From Eimeria praecox (lineage: Eukaryota), in assembly GCA_963920595.1 (NCBI GenBank), contig OY986949.1, forward strand, positions 4,278,001-4,342,000: 64,000 nt of DNA, read 5' to 3'. The notes under the pieces were generated by a model, which did not search any database, was not told where the DNA came from, and saw nothing but the letters and a program-made list of their open reading frames with translations. Position 1 is the stretch's first letter. Each line of letters opens with the position of its first letter. Both the position numbers and the translations under genes were made by a program. This document shows, in pieces, positions 32,655 to 46,500 of this stretch.

Positions 32655-35611
32655 TCAGCTCGAAGAAAGAGCCTGAGCGTTTTGATGAAAAAGGGTATAG
32701 GAGCTCAGACAGCGGTATTCAATGTGGGGTAGGCGGTTAAGGATATCTTCTTGAGCAAGTGTTTGGTTGAGATCAGACGAGAAGTAGTAGAGTATAAGAG
32801 AGACCAAAGGTATCTCGGTCATCTGCACCATCAGAGTTAGCTCATCAGCCTCCGTCACGTCAGCTGAAACGCATTTGTGGAACACCGCAAGGAGGACGTC
32901 CTCCACTTCGATGAAAGGACACCCCACAACGTGTGTGTTGGCCTGGCACTATAAAACGCCTTTGGCTGGATACAATGTTCTTTGTATTGGCTGCCTCCTT
33001 GCGGCGTGCGCTGCATTGTAGCAGACAGATTTACTGCCCAGCCTAGAGTCTATGCGTCAGCGGTGCAACTGAATACTACGGTGCAGTGGAAACCCCTGCC
33101 GGCCTTCAGCGTCTCGGGGTATCTGACAGCGTACCCGTCGATATGTGCAACGTGGTGGACCAATGAAGTCCGATATGCTCGGGAAAACAAATGAAAACTG
33201 GGCGCTCGCGGAAGACATCCTCTCCCCGAAAGATTGCCTGGGCAAAAAATGTAAACACCACTGAATGGCAGAATTCAGTGATATGGCTCTCTCGGTGACG
33301 ACCTAGAATGGGTAGACTTCCCAGGACGTTCTGCTTGCTCAATGATGGTGCTTCTGACGTTTCCAAGTCCTGCTTTCGTGTGCTAACTCAAGAAACAATC
33401 AAACTACGAATTATCAAAAAGATCTGGGCATGAAAGATATCCATCTTGAAAGTCTGTGTTCATTGAATTATAGTGTGCACGCACCTGCCACGCGAATAAC
33501 GCGGCAGGGAACCTTTTTATGCATGCTGGCTGCCCCGGCGTCCTGTCGACGGCAGACTCGTAGACAATCCTCAGCTTGTTTTCCGCTCCTGGGAAAAATA
33601 GCAAAGTATTAAGCCTAGGAGAAACTTGCGCGGCATCGGGGGAATTGTTTTTTTCGGGAACACTCCATGACGACGGCTACTCACCAACATCAAGGCGTAC
33701 ACTCCAGTCAAAGTATGTCCCACATACGAACTTGGCAGGTAGCGACTCCCTCAGAGCAATTTTAAGATTGCTAATGCGCCACTGGGCAGCGCTTAACAAA
33801 TCTAGGAGCACAAACCAGCAAAAGGATTCCTATGCGAAACCCTGCACTGCTAACCACTGCATGTTTTAGCAGGAATCAACAGTAAGGGCAAGCTAGGCTA
33901 GTAGCAACGATTGCCAAAGCCAGCACTTTAGTTAGCATTCTTCAAGGGGAAGGATATCGCCGCATACGCTATATTGGAGAGCACTCCAAACCATCGTTTG
34001 CATAACTGAGTGCAGCGGCTGTACTGTGCGCAGCTTAACCTCTAAAGATTGTAAAAGTATCTCACTTGATGGAACAGCTCCCAATGGTGTATCTTCATCA
34101 CGGAAAATGGATAGAGCTCCTGGTTCAACAGCCCAGTCCCACAACTTGCAATCTCTCAAAAGATCACATGCTGTGTCAAATGAGCTCCAGTCGACGACGA
34201 ATCGAACGATCAGATCCGTATCCCTGTTGTTGTCACAGCGCCTGCAAAGCTCCCTAACCATGTACACGATCTGGTTGCGCGGCATCTGCAGCAGTTGCTG
34301 CCGAGAAGAGGGCGCTCGGACGACGTCGGCAAACCGCTTAACAATATATCCGCAAACTTGTCGTGAGAGTTCTTTGTGGTGAGCAACTTCATCATGCGTC
34401 AAAATACGGGCGCAGTTTTGGACGGAGAGCTGATCCACTATAAGGGAGAGGCAGTCGTCTATGCTAAGACAGTTAACTTCCAGGTTCCTGGCCTCCGCTA
34501 GCACCTGTACAGACGGCGTGGTCCAAAGCAAAGAAAATGTGCACTTTATCGCGCAACTACGCACCCGGTAGAGTACACTGGACAGCAAAGGCTCTTTGTG
34601 CTCAACTTGCAAAATTCATATTTTGCATCTCTGAGCACAAAACGAAGGAGCCTGCAGAAGTAGTGTGCAGTAAGCCTGCTGCAGTTAGGTGCCTGCTGGA
34701 AACAAGGCCGCCTAATTCTGAGAAAGATTGAGCTTAGGTGTTTGCTGTACCTCTAAGATAATTTCGGGATCAGTTCCCCCTTCTATGTCTGCACCATACA
34801 TGCAGCGTACAAGCTGATGCACCACGGGCCAGCGCTGCTGAAATTCGATTCGTTTGGCGGTTTCTGGGCCACAGAAGAGCCGTTTGAAGTACTCGCTGCA
34901 TGCTGCCAGGACACACTGGTGGGCACGTAACTCCTGCACGGACAGAGCATGTGCCACGCGATATTTTCATGTGCATCTTACACACTTCCCCGTCACCTCG
35001 TATATCCTTTTAAATTCATCTGAACTGAAGAAGTGCTCGCCAGATTTATAAAGTGTCAGAAACATTAGACTCCAGGCCTTAACGGTGCTCGGCATTCCCC
35101 GCCTACACGCCAGTGAGCTACAAAACGTACGCCAACGTAATTAAGATATCCATAAGTTTTTGGCTCTGAGACGATTAGCTGTGGATGCCATATATACTAT
35201 TCTACACGGCCCTGCGTGTGCTTCCTATCAGCCGCGTCTTTGTAGACTGTCAACGTTGTGTACAGAGAATCCACGATGGTGCTAAATGCAGAAGCAGCGG
35301 CAGATACTCCCTATTCAGCTACTTTCAGCTACAAGATGGATACCCTCAGTGTCACGGTACTTTGGCCTTGATGCATAGAGGATTTTACTTGCAATCTAGG
35401 CCGTAACTGAAATGCTCACTCGATTTTCTGCCACAATAACCACATCAAAAAGAGCTTCGTATGAAGGGTCGGCCAAAAGGGCAAAAATGTTCTGTTGAAA
35501 AATGCGTAGACGGCCATATTGATTCGTTTGTTTTCGCTGCCTTTCTGCAGAGCCACCGACGTCCGGCCCGCAAGGGATTCCTTGGACCCCGACTTTCGGT
35601 GCATGAGCCAT
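32655..35611 (-). CDS. BTB/POZ domain protein (BTB, BACK-like, beta-rich C-terminal region)
   Basis: LFDVVIVAENR|ELRAHQCVLAACSEYFKRLF...QLVRCMYG is canonical BTB; LSVQNCARIL...CGYIVKRFADV is BACK-like. About 7 exons with GT-AG sites (35611-35420, 34933-34751, 34504-34066, 33781-~33685, ~33590-33485, ~33240-33135, final exon ending at stop 32655). Start codon and 3' exon edges are approximate. Confidence 0.85.
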
Positions 35612-36925
35612 TTTAACCTGCGTCGCCTTCAGTTCCCAGCCTGGATTGCGCGGGTGGTAGCTTAAAGGGTGTTGCCCGTTTCTAGCGACGGTAGGATGCC
35701 GGCGAAGGCAAGCCCTATGGCTTGGCAACCCTACTTATTAAGGAAGAAAACGCGTGAGCCTGTCTATCTATGCATTGCTGGGCTCAGGAGACGCCATCAT
35801 ATTATCGAATATGCCAGCAGACAAGCACTGCATAAGAATTGAGGATGCCAACAACTTCTGATTTCCTTGAGAGTCAACATGAACTATTTGTGCGTCAGCT
35901 TATCTAAACAAAGCGCGCAGGCTGCCCAGTTCATACGGAGTCTGCTCCCCTAATCATATCTGCAACAACAAACTATGGTACAGGACAAATTTAGAAAGGG
36001 GCTGTCGAAATCGTTCCCGTACATTAAAAGCCTCAGCTATATTCAAATGAGCAAAAGATGCGAGACATCGCTAAGCTGGGAGTTTCGTTCGACAAGGAAG
36101 AAAGAAGGCGATTTTCAAGAGACTTGTAAGCTTGAACGAATTTTACATGCGCTCCAGTAGTGGGAGACAGCTAAAACGCTGAATATGCACCGACAGCTCT
36201 GACAGAACTCGACGGTGATTGGCGAGCTATCCTCTTGGTTCAATGGGAGAAGAGCACTGCTAGGTCATGTAAAATGCACGCCGACTGCTAAACTAACAAG
36301 CACCTGCAATGGGAATTGAGTTTGTGACAGGCAGTTTGCTGGGTGAACTTAATCCTAGGCTGAAGCGGGCAACATCTGTGACATGTGCACAGTGGGCCCC
36401 ACGTCCAGATTCCAGAATGGTATTTGGATCTTTGAATCATTGACATGCAACTGCCCTTAAACACTAAAAAATATGCTTTTATACATTCTTCTTAGCTTTG
36501 AAGGCTGAAGCTGGGAGGCTCTGCCTCCTGGACTGAAGCAATGTTCGGCAGGACAGGCAGATGCTATAGCGATCAGAAAGATACCCCCCGGCATACTCGG
36601 AGTGCCGATTCCAAATTAGGTGCCAAAGCAACCTAATCTGCTATTCGCCCCCAAAGTGGCAATATAATAGTAAAAACATATTACATTAGACATTTGAGGT
36701 TATCTATATGGAAATGATCGGATTTTCTCGCGGCTGCGTTGTGCACACACAACGCCATCCAGATGCGCCTGGACGCTGGCGCCTCGCCGTCATTTTCCAC
36801 CAGAATGGTGTTCATGGTATCCCCGAAAATGCTGCTTCTCTAGTAGCGCCAGTATTTCGTCCGAGTTGGCCGCATTAACTGGAGCAGCTACCCTTTCCCC
36901 CCAGCTCCAGGCACGCTGTGTTGCT

Positions 36926-36993
36926 TGTGATGCATAAGTTGAATCTTCGCTGTGCTGTCTGTGATGCATACGTTGAATCTTCGCTGTGCTATC
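36926..36993. repeat. 34-bp tandem duplication (2 copies)
   Basis: TGTGATGCATA(A/C)GTTGAATCTTCGCTGTGCT starts at 36926 and again at 36960. Confidence 0.9.
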
Positions 36994-37469
36994 AGCTATC
37001 AGTCGTGTGGCCAACGGGTCAGCTTACTCGAAATAAGGCCTTATTAACCTTTGTTAAACTGGCACACTACTGAATCCCTAAGTGCTGAACAGCGTTTAAG
37101 ATAAGGAGGCAGCTCTCTGGAAGTAGTTCGGGCTGCGTGTCTGACGAGGTTTTTCTGCCTTAGTGTAGGGTCAATGTGAGTAGCGGTTGTGCTAAAGCAG
37201 TAAGTAAAAAGCTTTACAAAAAATAACTGTCCCCTGCGCCTGACAACTCGAGTTCGGCACAGAGTCCGGGGTCGCCATAACCGATACCAGCATAACACGC
37301 TAATAAGCGAAATAAAGTCATGTAAACTGCATTAATTCCAAAGGTGTACTGACAAATACTGTTTGGTGGAGCTTAGCAATGTTGAAACATCTCCATTCGA
37401 TGCATTTGTAACTTAGTTGCAACTGATGTTTGGCTTCAGCTGAAGAGGCCCCGACAGCGCACCTAAGAG

Positions 37470-37625
37470 TTGACAAAAAGCAACTGGCGTCCCAGCCCAG
37501 CCTGCAGACGTCCTAGCGCACAACCGCATGTGGACCTGAGGCTGCTAGGGAGAGGAGGCTATCTTCCGTCGGTTGAAACACGCTTCATTGCAACTCTTGC
37601 TAGAAGCCAGCGGGAATGCAAGCAC
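37470..37625 (-). repeat. Dispersed repeat family B copy, just 3' of the minus-strand retroelement
   Basis: Reverse complement AGCCTCCTCTCCCTAGCAGCCTCAGGTCCACATGCGG...CTGCAGGCTGGGCTGGGACGCCAGTTGC matches 27750-27835. Confidence 0.65.
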
Positions 37626-37889
37626 AGCCAGTCCTCTTTCACTGAATGCAGTGAAACTGCAGGCACGTGCTGAGCCCTTACTTGGCTCTCAGTGGCGAGC
37701 ATGTACTGTAGAAATTCATGTGCCATTCGTGGGCAGACCATTGCCGCCACGATTTGTGGGAAAAGTGAACCTTTTAGCGGCGGCGGAGCCAACTTACAGA
37801 CAGAGGGAGGGGCATCACAGCAGACAGTAGTTGGCGCCAGGATGCACGTAGATATATGAGCGCGTCAAAGCACGCAACCTAACAATTGC

Positions 37890-40800
37890 CAATCTGGCAT
37901 GCTTAAGACATCGATTTAGTCCAAAACACGATCGACTGAGATTTAGAAAAGGAGGCACCCTCAGTTTATATTTAAATATGAGCTCATTGCAAACAAAACG
38001 CCAGTGGAGATACTATGCGTAGCAAGGAGAGGCCCAGACATTGCCGAGCACTACCGTGAGCAACAATAGAGCTAACATATTTTAGGGAAGAGTTTCAAAA
38101 GGCAAAAGGCTTCCTTACCAGCCTCCAAGTTTTCTCGAAAGACTGCCACAAGGGCTGGACAGACGGTGGCATGCCATAAGCTGCAGCTCCTCTTGTTGGA
38201 GCTCCTGTTGCAAGGCGATCCCACATGCAAGCATACAACAGTACTTAGGGCTACAAACGGAAGCTGAGTCCCTTACTGTTATCGCCTTCCTGCTCTCTTC
38301 GCACCGCGTGTGAATACTTTGAAACTAGGTTGCTTGAGTGCAAAATCACTGTCGGATTGGCATCTTGTAGTTTTGAGCCTGGAGTTCGTGCCTTTATTCA
38401 AACCTTCCGGACCTGCTGAGCTGCGCGCACAAGTAGACAACTGCAACAGATGCACAGGCATGGCTGGCAGTAATCAGAACCAGTGTCAGTCATACAACTT
38501 TGTGCCGATACAGAGCAGCTAAGCCAGATAATCGGGATTAGAACTGCCTTGTTTTAATGCAACCCAGTCTCCGCAATGGATATTATCCCCCATCAGCAGA
38601 CATTGTCAGCTAATGCAGAAGTGGACAATTGGTGCGTTCAGTTTGACTGCGTGCTTCTGGTTCTCTCGCGGTGGTCGTGTTGCATTCGATCTTAAACACG
38701 TCACAATTTCGCGTGTGCAAGAGCTAGCAAGCTTTGAACTTTGTCAGTAATGATATTTCAAGAATGGTAGAGTTTTCACGCATGAGGACACTCCTCTTCC
38801 TGTAACTACTCAAATAGCGGATGTGGTGGGTTCATGGATTGAGCCTATCCACACCAACGTAAGTGGTATTACAGCATCTGATTGATGACAAGCCCACCAT
38901 GAAATTCGCTGATATATCCTCCCAGATCCGTGCAGCTATTGAGCAGCTATGAAAGAATCCTGGCTTCGATATATTGCTTCAGTTACTGGGGTTTAGTACA
39001 AGTGAGGGCATGTTATTCGCCTGAGTGGCGCATCCTGCGCCACAAAAGGACCTGGTCACCTGCTGTTGCATTTACTGTTGCATTGAAAACATCCTGGCCT
39101 GCTAAAGCATGATCTCGCACTTTGAGAAAACGTTCTATGCGAAGGGCAATTGGGACCTACGATCGGTGGAGTTCACAGTTCGTCTCGTACTACAGCAGAT
39201 CGCCGTTCATGCTGTAGGGCCTAACCCGCGGCCCGGTGTTGACACTGGTAAGAACGTCAGCCACGTGAGTATCTGAGGACTATTAAGAACGCGGCTTGAA
39301 TGGCAACGGGACTCGTCGCAGGTGAGCGCGGTGGCGGCGCGAAAGCGCCTGACATCTACTGTGTTCGGAAAGGAGCTTCAGCGACCACGTAGGCGATACC
39401 CTTGATATACTTGACGGCGAAGTTGTACTGAGTGAGGAAGGTGTGCCACAGACTGGCATTCAGTTCGAAGAGTCAAATATGTGCCGCATAAGTATTGCCG
39501 ATACTTAAATAATGTGCCACGATACATCATGTACTCCGAGCAGAGGCGACGATCCACGCTTCTGATGACGCGCATGGCGAGCTTCCTTCGATCTCTGTCG
39601 AAGTTGTTTTGCCCTCGTGAGTTAGACAAGTTGAGGAAAGGCGAAGCGACGGAATAACTGGATAAAATTACGGTAGTAATGTGCCAGGCTTCTGATAACC
39701 TTGCTTATATACAGGGGAAGTGACCACCTCAAAATGGGCGCCATCCCCACTGCATCACGTTCAACTCTTACTGCAGAGGCTCGAAACCATACGAAGGCGA
39801 CTGGCTTCACCGAAAATGCTCACCTCCGTTGTTCCACAAAGAATAGCTTTGCACGTAGCAGCTGCAAGGCAGGCCATAGGTGATGCAGGTTCTCCTGCGC
39901 ATTCTGGTTGCATACAGTTGCGCCCTCCTCTCAAGCAGTCATCCTTGTCTCGATATCTGGTCCAATAAATTGCGATTGACTGCCGCTACTTTCCGGAAGG
40001 TGTACTCAGAAGCCAAGATGGCACCTAGATGTAGTGTAGTTGCGGGCGCAGTCCTATAACTCCGTCTCGTCCCCGTCGCCTGGACGTATCGGAATCAGTG
40101 AAAGCGCATCGTCGAAGTCAAATGATAAATGCATGACTGAATTCGGCAAGCGGCACAGGTGTTCAGATCAAGGTATTTGTGAGATTATCGTGAGGGAGCG
40201 AGTGCATTTCTCCGTGTATCTGCGCTTCATCAGAACCTCGCTCCTCCTTTTTTGAGAGAGACTGGCTCCACTCCTCTTACCTTCGAGATTACAGCACTAT
40301 CGCGAGGATTGGGAGGTGCTTCTATCATTGTTGTCTGTCACAGGGCTGAATAGTGTCTTTTGGAGGCCGCATGCGGGTCGCTCACTCTTCCACTCGCGGC
40401 CTACGCTATGGCCACGATTTTGTCCTGGTGAACTCGTTCAAAGTAAAGGGCCCCTACCCTGCCATTACCGCTCGTTTCTGAATTGTGCCCCTGTATACAG
40501 GCCACCATGACCCATCTCCAATCGGAGAAACGAAAGTCGCAGAAAGTGAGCAATGGAATAGACAGGAAAGCTGTATGCCCTTTCCAGATCTTTAGAAAAC
40601 AGATTTGCTTTGCAAGCTGTGTCAAATATCGCTAGCAACGCTCGAGCTTCACAGGCAACTGGAAAAGGCACATATTTGATTCAGAGCTGACCCACGGGTG
40701 AGGACATCATCATTTTCGTCCCTGCCACTGCTCTGCACGTTGCGTGGAAGCTAACCGTTGCTCTGCTCACCTTCTTGGTCCCCATGGGGAAGCAGCTCGA

Positions 40801-41750
40801 AGCATGTTTCGCCCGTTTTTCAGTTTTGTTCGTGAGCCTGCAGTATCGAATTATATGGCATACTCCATTGCAAAAGAAACAGATGCTCTTCTCGGTCCTT
40901 CTACCTGGACATTGTGAGTGGCAAGCTCGATACCTGCGGTGTGCTTTCGCTTGCTGCCTTCTTCCGGGGGGATCTGACATCCGAAGCCTCAATATATATG
41001 AGACCTATATCTGGGTCGTTCTCAACACGCAAGCCTCCCTTATCAACTAGAGAGGTGAAAATGCCGTTCACTGTCTTGTTTCATCGTTTAACCTCTTCGT
41101 TCCGTCTTTGCAGCCAGCCAGTTACGGATTGCACCTCTTCAGGGAGAGTGCCTGCTATAAGCCACTAGTATAGAAGCCCCGAATGCACCATCGAGCTGCT
41201 GTTCACCAGGTACATTCGCTTCTCGAAGAAGTGATCTATCGATAGGTCCGTTTGTTTAAGCCTTCCCACTTGTGCAATAAGCCGCCGCCTTGCAAACCAG
41301 CAGACACAAGTACGTCGTCGCACATGCCACAAAGTTCTCACATTCCACATATGCTCCAGGAAAGTGACACCCTTGTTTGGGTAGAGCTGTCTTCCCCGTG
41401 CCTCCTTTTCTGATGAACAGAATACAAATCGCAACTGCATCTCTTGCGGTGCTCCTTGAAGACGAAATAACACCTCCGGAGGAGAGGGGAATTCCTCCAC
41501 GGCCCCCGCATCCCGGCCTTCGTCAAAGTGGGGCTGCTTTCGCAGATGGCGACACTCGTCTTGAATTGGTTTTGGAATGAGAGCATTTTCGTCTGGATGG
41601 GCCGCGGACAATTCGATCAAAGCGAAGGGCTGCCCGGCCGCCTCCCCGACGGAGTCAAAGCCTGGCCTGTCTTCCGCAAGGTAAAAGAGCAAAGATTTAG
41701 GCGAATATATTTGCGAGAGCATCCAAATTTTTGTTTGCAGTGAACTGTCG
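37890..41750 (-). mobile_element. Near full-length decayed Ty3/gypsy (chromovirus-like) LTR retrotransposon: gag-CCHC-protease-RT-RNase H-integrase
   Basis: In order on minus: gag-like VEEF...EVLFRL...RLKQTDLSIDHF (41200-41500); zinc knuckle CFFCNGVCHIIRYC (~40840-40885); protease LLAIFDTACKANLFSK (~40590-40650); RT IRSLAHYYRNFI (~39660-39700); RNase H KYRQYLCG and QYNFAVKYIKG (~39400-39510); integrase TTAREPEARSQTERTN (~38625-38680). Many stops and frameshifts. Confidence 0.85.
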
Positions 41751-41989
41751 CACCTAGTCACTGCTGTGCACCAGACCACTTTGGAGGTGCTGTTATATAT
41801 TCTCGCCTGGCCCCCTAAGCCAAGCGAGTTCGCTGAGGTCCTGCTGCTGCAGCATGAGCACCTCAGCATGCTCCCATGGTTTAGCAGCAGGCGGCATGCT
41901 ACCCCAACGGATTCCCTGCCGTTGGCATGTTGTTTTGTGTGGGTTGCTGTTAGTCGCACAGAGTGTTTTGAACAGTTTGCAGCTGCGAA

Positions 41990-42135
41990 AACAGATGAAG
42001 CGAGCAACAACAGCAACATCAGCGGACAACCAATGACCGCAAACAGCCAGGAACAGCAGACAACTCTAGCAGCAGCAGCAGGCGACAGAAGCAGCAACAG
42101 CAGGCAACAGCAACAGCAGACTACAGCAGCAGTAA
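41990..42135 (+). repeat. Imperfect CAG/CAA trinucleotide tract
   Basis: GCAGCAGCAGCAGGCGACAGAAGCAGCAACAGCAGGCAACAGCAACAGCAGACTACAGCAGCAG; CAG tracts are characteristic of Eimeriidae. Confidence 0.85.
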
Positions 42136-42313
42136 AACATCTTCACAAAACATCCTCATTCATTCCCTACCCGTCATGCACTACGGTTGATCGATTCAAA
42201 ACCCAGGCGGTGGTCCAGATGGAATCTGGCAAAGCAAGCACTGACCCCGTTAACTGCCCAGAAACGCAGACTGGCAATGCCCGTCGAAGGTTTGGCTTGT
42301 TCAGAGGATGGTT

Positions 42314-42647
42314 CTAAAATACCCTAAAATACCGGCCCTTTGAAGTCGGATGTAGTCCAAGGAATGGATTTGCTACGTACTCTCCGCGCCTGCGCAGCTT
42401 ATCATAAGGTCCCTTACATACACGCCCTTGAGCAGCATCTGCTGGGCCTCGCGGCATGCCTAAGTAGTTTTGATATAGTGCCTTTAGAACAGTTGTCTTC
42501 TTTGCGAGAACCACGCCTTACGTAACGCCTGTCTGGTCCCCCCTCACTCTCACCCCGATGTATAATGCCAGAATGCAAACGCGTCTCTAATTCTTTTTTA
42601 GATGCATAACGTAGCAATTGATACTGACTGTGGGGCGTCAGGTTCAC
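42314..42647 (-). mobile_element. Reverse transcriptase N-terminal remnant
   Basis: KKELETRLHSGIIHRGES (L..GIIxPSxS) and KKTTVLKALYQNYLGMPRGPADAAQ (KTAF...MPFGLxNAP) in two frames, with an internal deletion. Confidence 0.6.
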
Positions 42648-43546
42648 CCGCGTTACCGCCCAGGCTCACCGTAAGGTCTGTGCGGTTAATACACCCTTCC
42701 ATATGAGCTACCCTCCGTCCTTGCATTGAGCCAACAACAAAATAATTAATCCACACAAATAACTAACTGGATGGATTCACCATACTCGGAATGCTGGCGC
42801 ATTTGTCCCGGCGGGATTCAACATCTGGCGCTGTGAGGGACTTGGAAATCAGGCGCAGCTACACAACGCTCGCATATCCCTTTCTAGACATAACGTGACG
42901 GTAAAAAATAATTATAAGAGTAAGCACAAGGAAAGAGGGCTGTATGCATAAGTGCGCATACTGCAAGAAGACGAATGAAATGAAATTTGAGCCATTAGGA
43001 ATGGCATCCAAAGGAATAACATTTAAGAAAATTCCCAAAGTAGTGGCTAACCACTATTAGGAATCTGAAGTGTTTCGAGTAAATACATTGGGTGTATGAG
43101 CAAACATTGAATCTTGATAGTAAGAGAGACAACGCATCTAGTTGCAGTGTCAAGTCTTCGTTATGATCAGGCTGCCCTTCGGTGTGATTTATTCAGCTTA
43201 TGAGTCCAGTCAAGAGTACCTCAATAAGTGCTCTCCTGAAGACTCAAAATGGGTGTCTTCATTACAGCTCCTGCATCCCAGGAAGTGCGAAAATTAGGCT
43301 TCATTTGAAGAATTTGATATGCAAAGTATTCATAGATAAGACAGCTGCTGTTGGATTCGTATGAGTACTTGATAAGCATGATGCCAGTTCTGAAATTAGT
43401 ACGTCCATATATGCTCGCTGAACCCACCATAGGGGTAGTGTTTTGGAAACCGCCTGGCGAGGTCAGGGCCAAACGGGTGGCAAACTTGCTTCTAAACAGC
43501 ATATCGAGAAGCATGTTTGGCATTTTGGAGCAAGGCAAAACACGGT

Positions 43547-46500
43547 CTAGGAAGATTTGCCGCCTGCATTTGCTACTCTACTGGCCCTTAGTTTTCGGTC
43601 GCCTAAGGCGCTCACGACAGTTTCCTCAACTGCCAGGCGAGCAGCTACGCGGAATTTATGATCTTCAATTTGTTCGTTTCTTCGTTGACACTGGCTTGCA
43701 AGGCTTGGCATAAGGAGGCCCCTTACAAGCTCTCCCACTATCACCTCTGGTTCTTCGTGACCCTCTTGCAGATCATCAACAACTCGAGCCAAATGTTCGG
43801 AATGCAGGCAAACCTCCAATAAAGCCTGTGGGAACAGCACTAATTGAAATTTTCCATTCTTTTGCCAGCCTTGGATGTCTCTGCAATCCTTTTAACAGAA
43901 ACGTTCGCAGCTTGGTACCACAAAATAGCTCCAATTTGTGGAACACTAGCAAACCTATCCACAAGCTTCCTTACCTCTTGTTGTGCATTTCCTGCCCCTG
44001 CCTTTTCAATAATAGCTTGGAGATAAGAGTCAACGGTTTGATTGTTGATGCCCATTGCATTCTGGAACGCCAAGTTTTCTCTTTCCCGAAGCATTTCCTC
44101 TGCCTGCCGAGTTCCGGATTCCTGGGCCTCACGCAGGCGTCTCTCCCGCACAGCCAGATGGGCAAGGGCCGATATCCGCTGCACTTCCTCCATGCGCCTT
44201 TGTTCCTTTGATAGCTCGTCAAGCATCTGCCCAAGGCAACGGTGCGCTTACTCGTGAACAGTATTTTATGGGAAGAAAAGGAGAGAAACATTTCCGTCGG
44301 TTTTCAGGCTGGTCTATTTTTACTGCAAAGGGCCACACGGTACTCACTTCCGCAATAGCCATGCCTTGAGCCGAAGCTATAAGAACCTCAGCAGCCTCCA
44401 AGGCTGTCTGCCGGTCGACTGACTCTTGTTGCTGCCTGGGGGGCACATCCTGCAACTGCTCGGCAGCGCGAAGCATATTTACGAGATCCAAGCTCTTTTC
44501 CTTGCCCCTTAACATCAATTGACGCCTGGTAGCTGCACGCAGCAGCTGCTGCAGAAGCAGCACCGCCTTGGCGTCAAGCTCTTCTTCCATAGGCACCTAG
44601 GACGAGCCAGCACAGCAATGTAGACCTTTGCGCCGTTTGTCACGCAGCAGTCGACAACTCTGGTATTCCAGGTATCTGGGGCAAGGCACACCAGGTTAGG
44701 TTTGTGCGCTAATGCCTTTGGAATTACCTCTGGTACTCTCGGCGTTTCAGGACGTGTTCTAACAGCTCGTTTCATGAGTCGGCGCGCTGCAACTGAACCG
44801 CTTTCCGAAGCGGAATACGCTGGAGGGGCTGCTGCGAGGTCAATTTGTAACTGCAGGGATGTCCCAGTAAGCAGTTCTGCGGCCACTTCTCTTTGCAGAA
44901 TGGCTGCTGTGCGTTCCAAAGCCTATATTGCATCCGCGCAGACTGGAAAATATGCTTTTGAAAGAGGACTAGATTTGATACTGGGAAATGGCGCTGTCAC
45001 AAAGTAGCTGAACCGCCTCACTGCCTAATGCAGGTTTTGGTTATCTTCGTGACACCATCCTTTGAGCTGTTGAACAATCCGAGCAAGCCCAACTTGCCTG
45101 GGAGTGAGCCAACTCTTTGCGATTAGTAGCGTATGTCTTTCGCTGCCGTAAGAGAGGCGGCGCGTTAGGACTTCTGGGCGCAGCGCTGCTGCACAGCCGG
45201 CCTTCCATGGCGTCCAGGGCTAAAAAGTCCTGAAAGTTGCATTGCAGTGGGCATTTTGATGCCTCGGTGCAGTGCGCACAACATTTTGCCGGTTATGTGA
45301 TCTATGGATGATCTCATGCTGCTCAAAATGTGCCCGACTGCTTGCCTATAGAGCCTACGATGAAGCAGCCTTGAATGTTTATTTATAGAGGGAAGGTGCA
45401 GCTGTGAGTTATGATGCTGCGTGCCTCTGCATATGCTAAATGAATTGCTGAGAGCGCAGTGAAGGGATCAGGAGGGCAATAACCGTCCCTCGCAGCCGGA
45501 ACGACACACTGAAGACTTGTACTGCTCCGTAGCTTGTTTGCGGCGCACAATGGCTTTGCCAGAGACTGTGCAATTTGATTTCGTTTTAACCAAAGTCGGC
45601 GAAGCCCCTCTAATCGCGAACGCTCAATCAACAAGTGCCTACGCTGCATGCGTTCTTTTAATATTTTCTGTCGTCTTCGATGGGCTGCCTCGTTCTTGCT
45701 TCTCATTTTGGTTGCACGCATTCGCAGGGCAATTTCCACAAGGCGAAGACGTTCCTCCTGTACACAGTGATTGCCTTTATCTGCTTCATATGCTGGTTTA
45801 TTCTGCGCTATAGGCCCCTTTCTATACACATTTCTGTCGTGAGAAAGGCTGCGGGAGTCCACCAGATCCTTGTACGTGAAGCTGACTTGCTAAAAATGAC
45901 TACGAAATTTGGTTGCCGCATTTGGCCCCGATGGTAGTTCTTACCTGCAGCTCGCGAATGTCCCTTTCTCTCTGAGCCCATTTTAAAAGCTCTTGACGTT
46001 CCATTAAGCTAATGCGGATTGCTAGGCAGAATTCATCTGTCGGTGGTGGGAGCACTTGATCAAGCCGCCGCTGCAACTGCATTTCCTGAATAGCCCGGAT
46101 TTCGCGAGAAGTCGCGGGAAGTCCCCTGGACCAGCACAGATGCGCTATTGTCAATTCTTCAGGTTGAGGTCCAGGAGTGCAAATGTACTGAGGCGAATAC
46201 GGGTCCGTCTGCACATCCTGTTCTCTGATAATCGACTGCAGAGCAATGGATTTAGCACTGAAGTCTCCGCAATCTGTTCCCCGAACAAACCAACACAGTG
46301 GCAGGCTAATATGCAGAGATTTGCGGGGACATATAGCAAGCTCTGAGTCTATGGCACTGCAGCGGCTAAAGAAAATGAATGCGTTTGCGACGAGAGTGCT
46401 ATTTATTGGAACTTGCCACATTCTGTGCCATCTTGAGTGATGTCCACTGTGCTTGTTTTAAATGGAACCGGGGAGTAATAGCTCTCATCACCGGTTGGCA

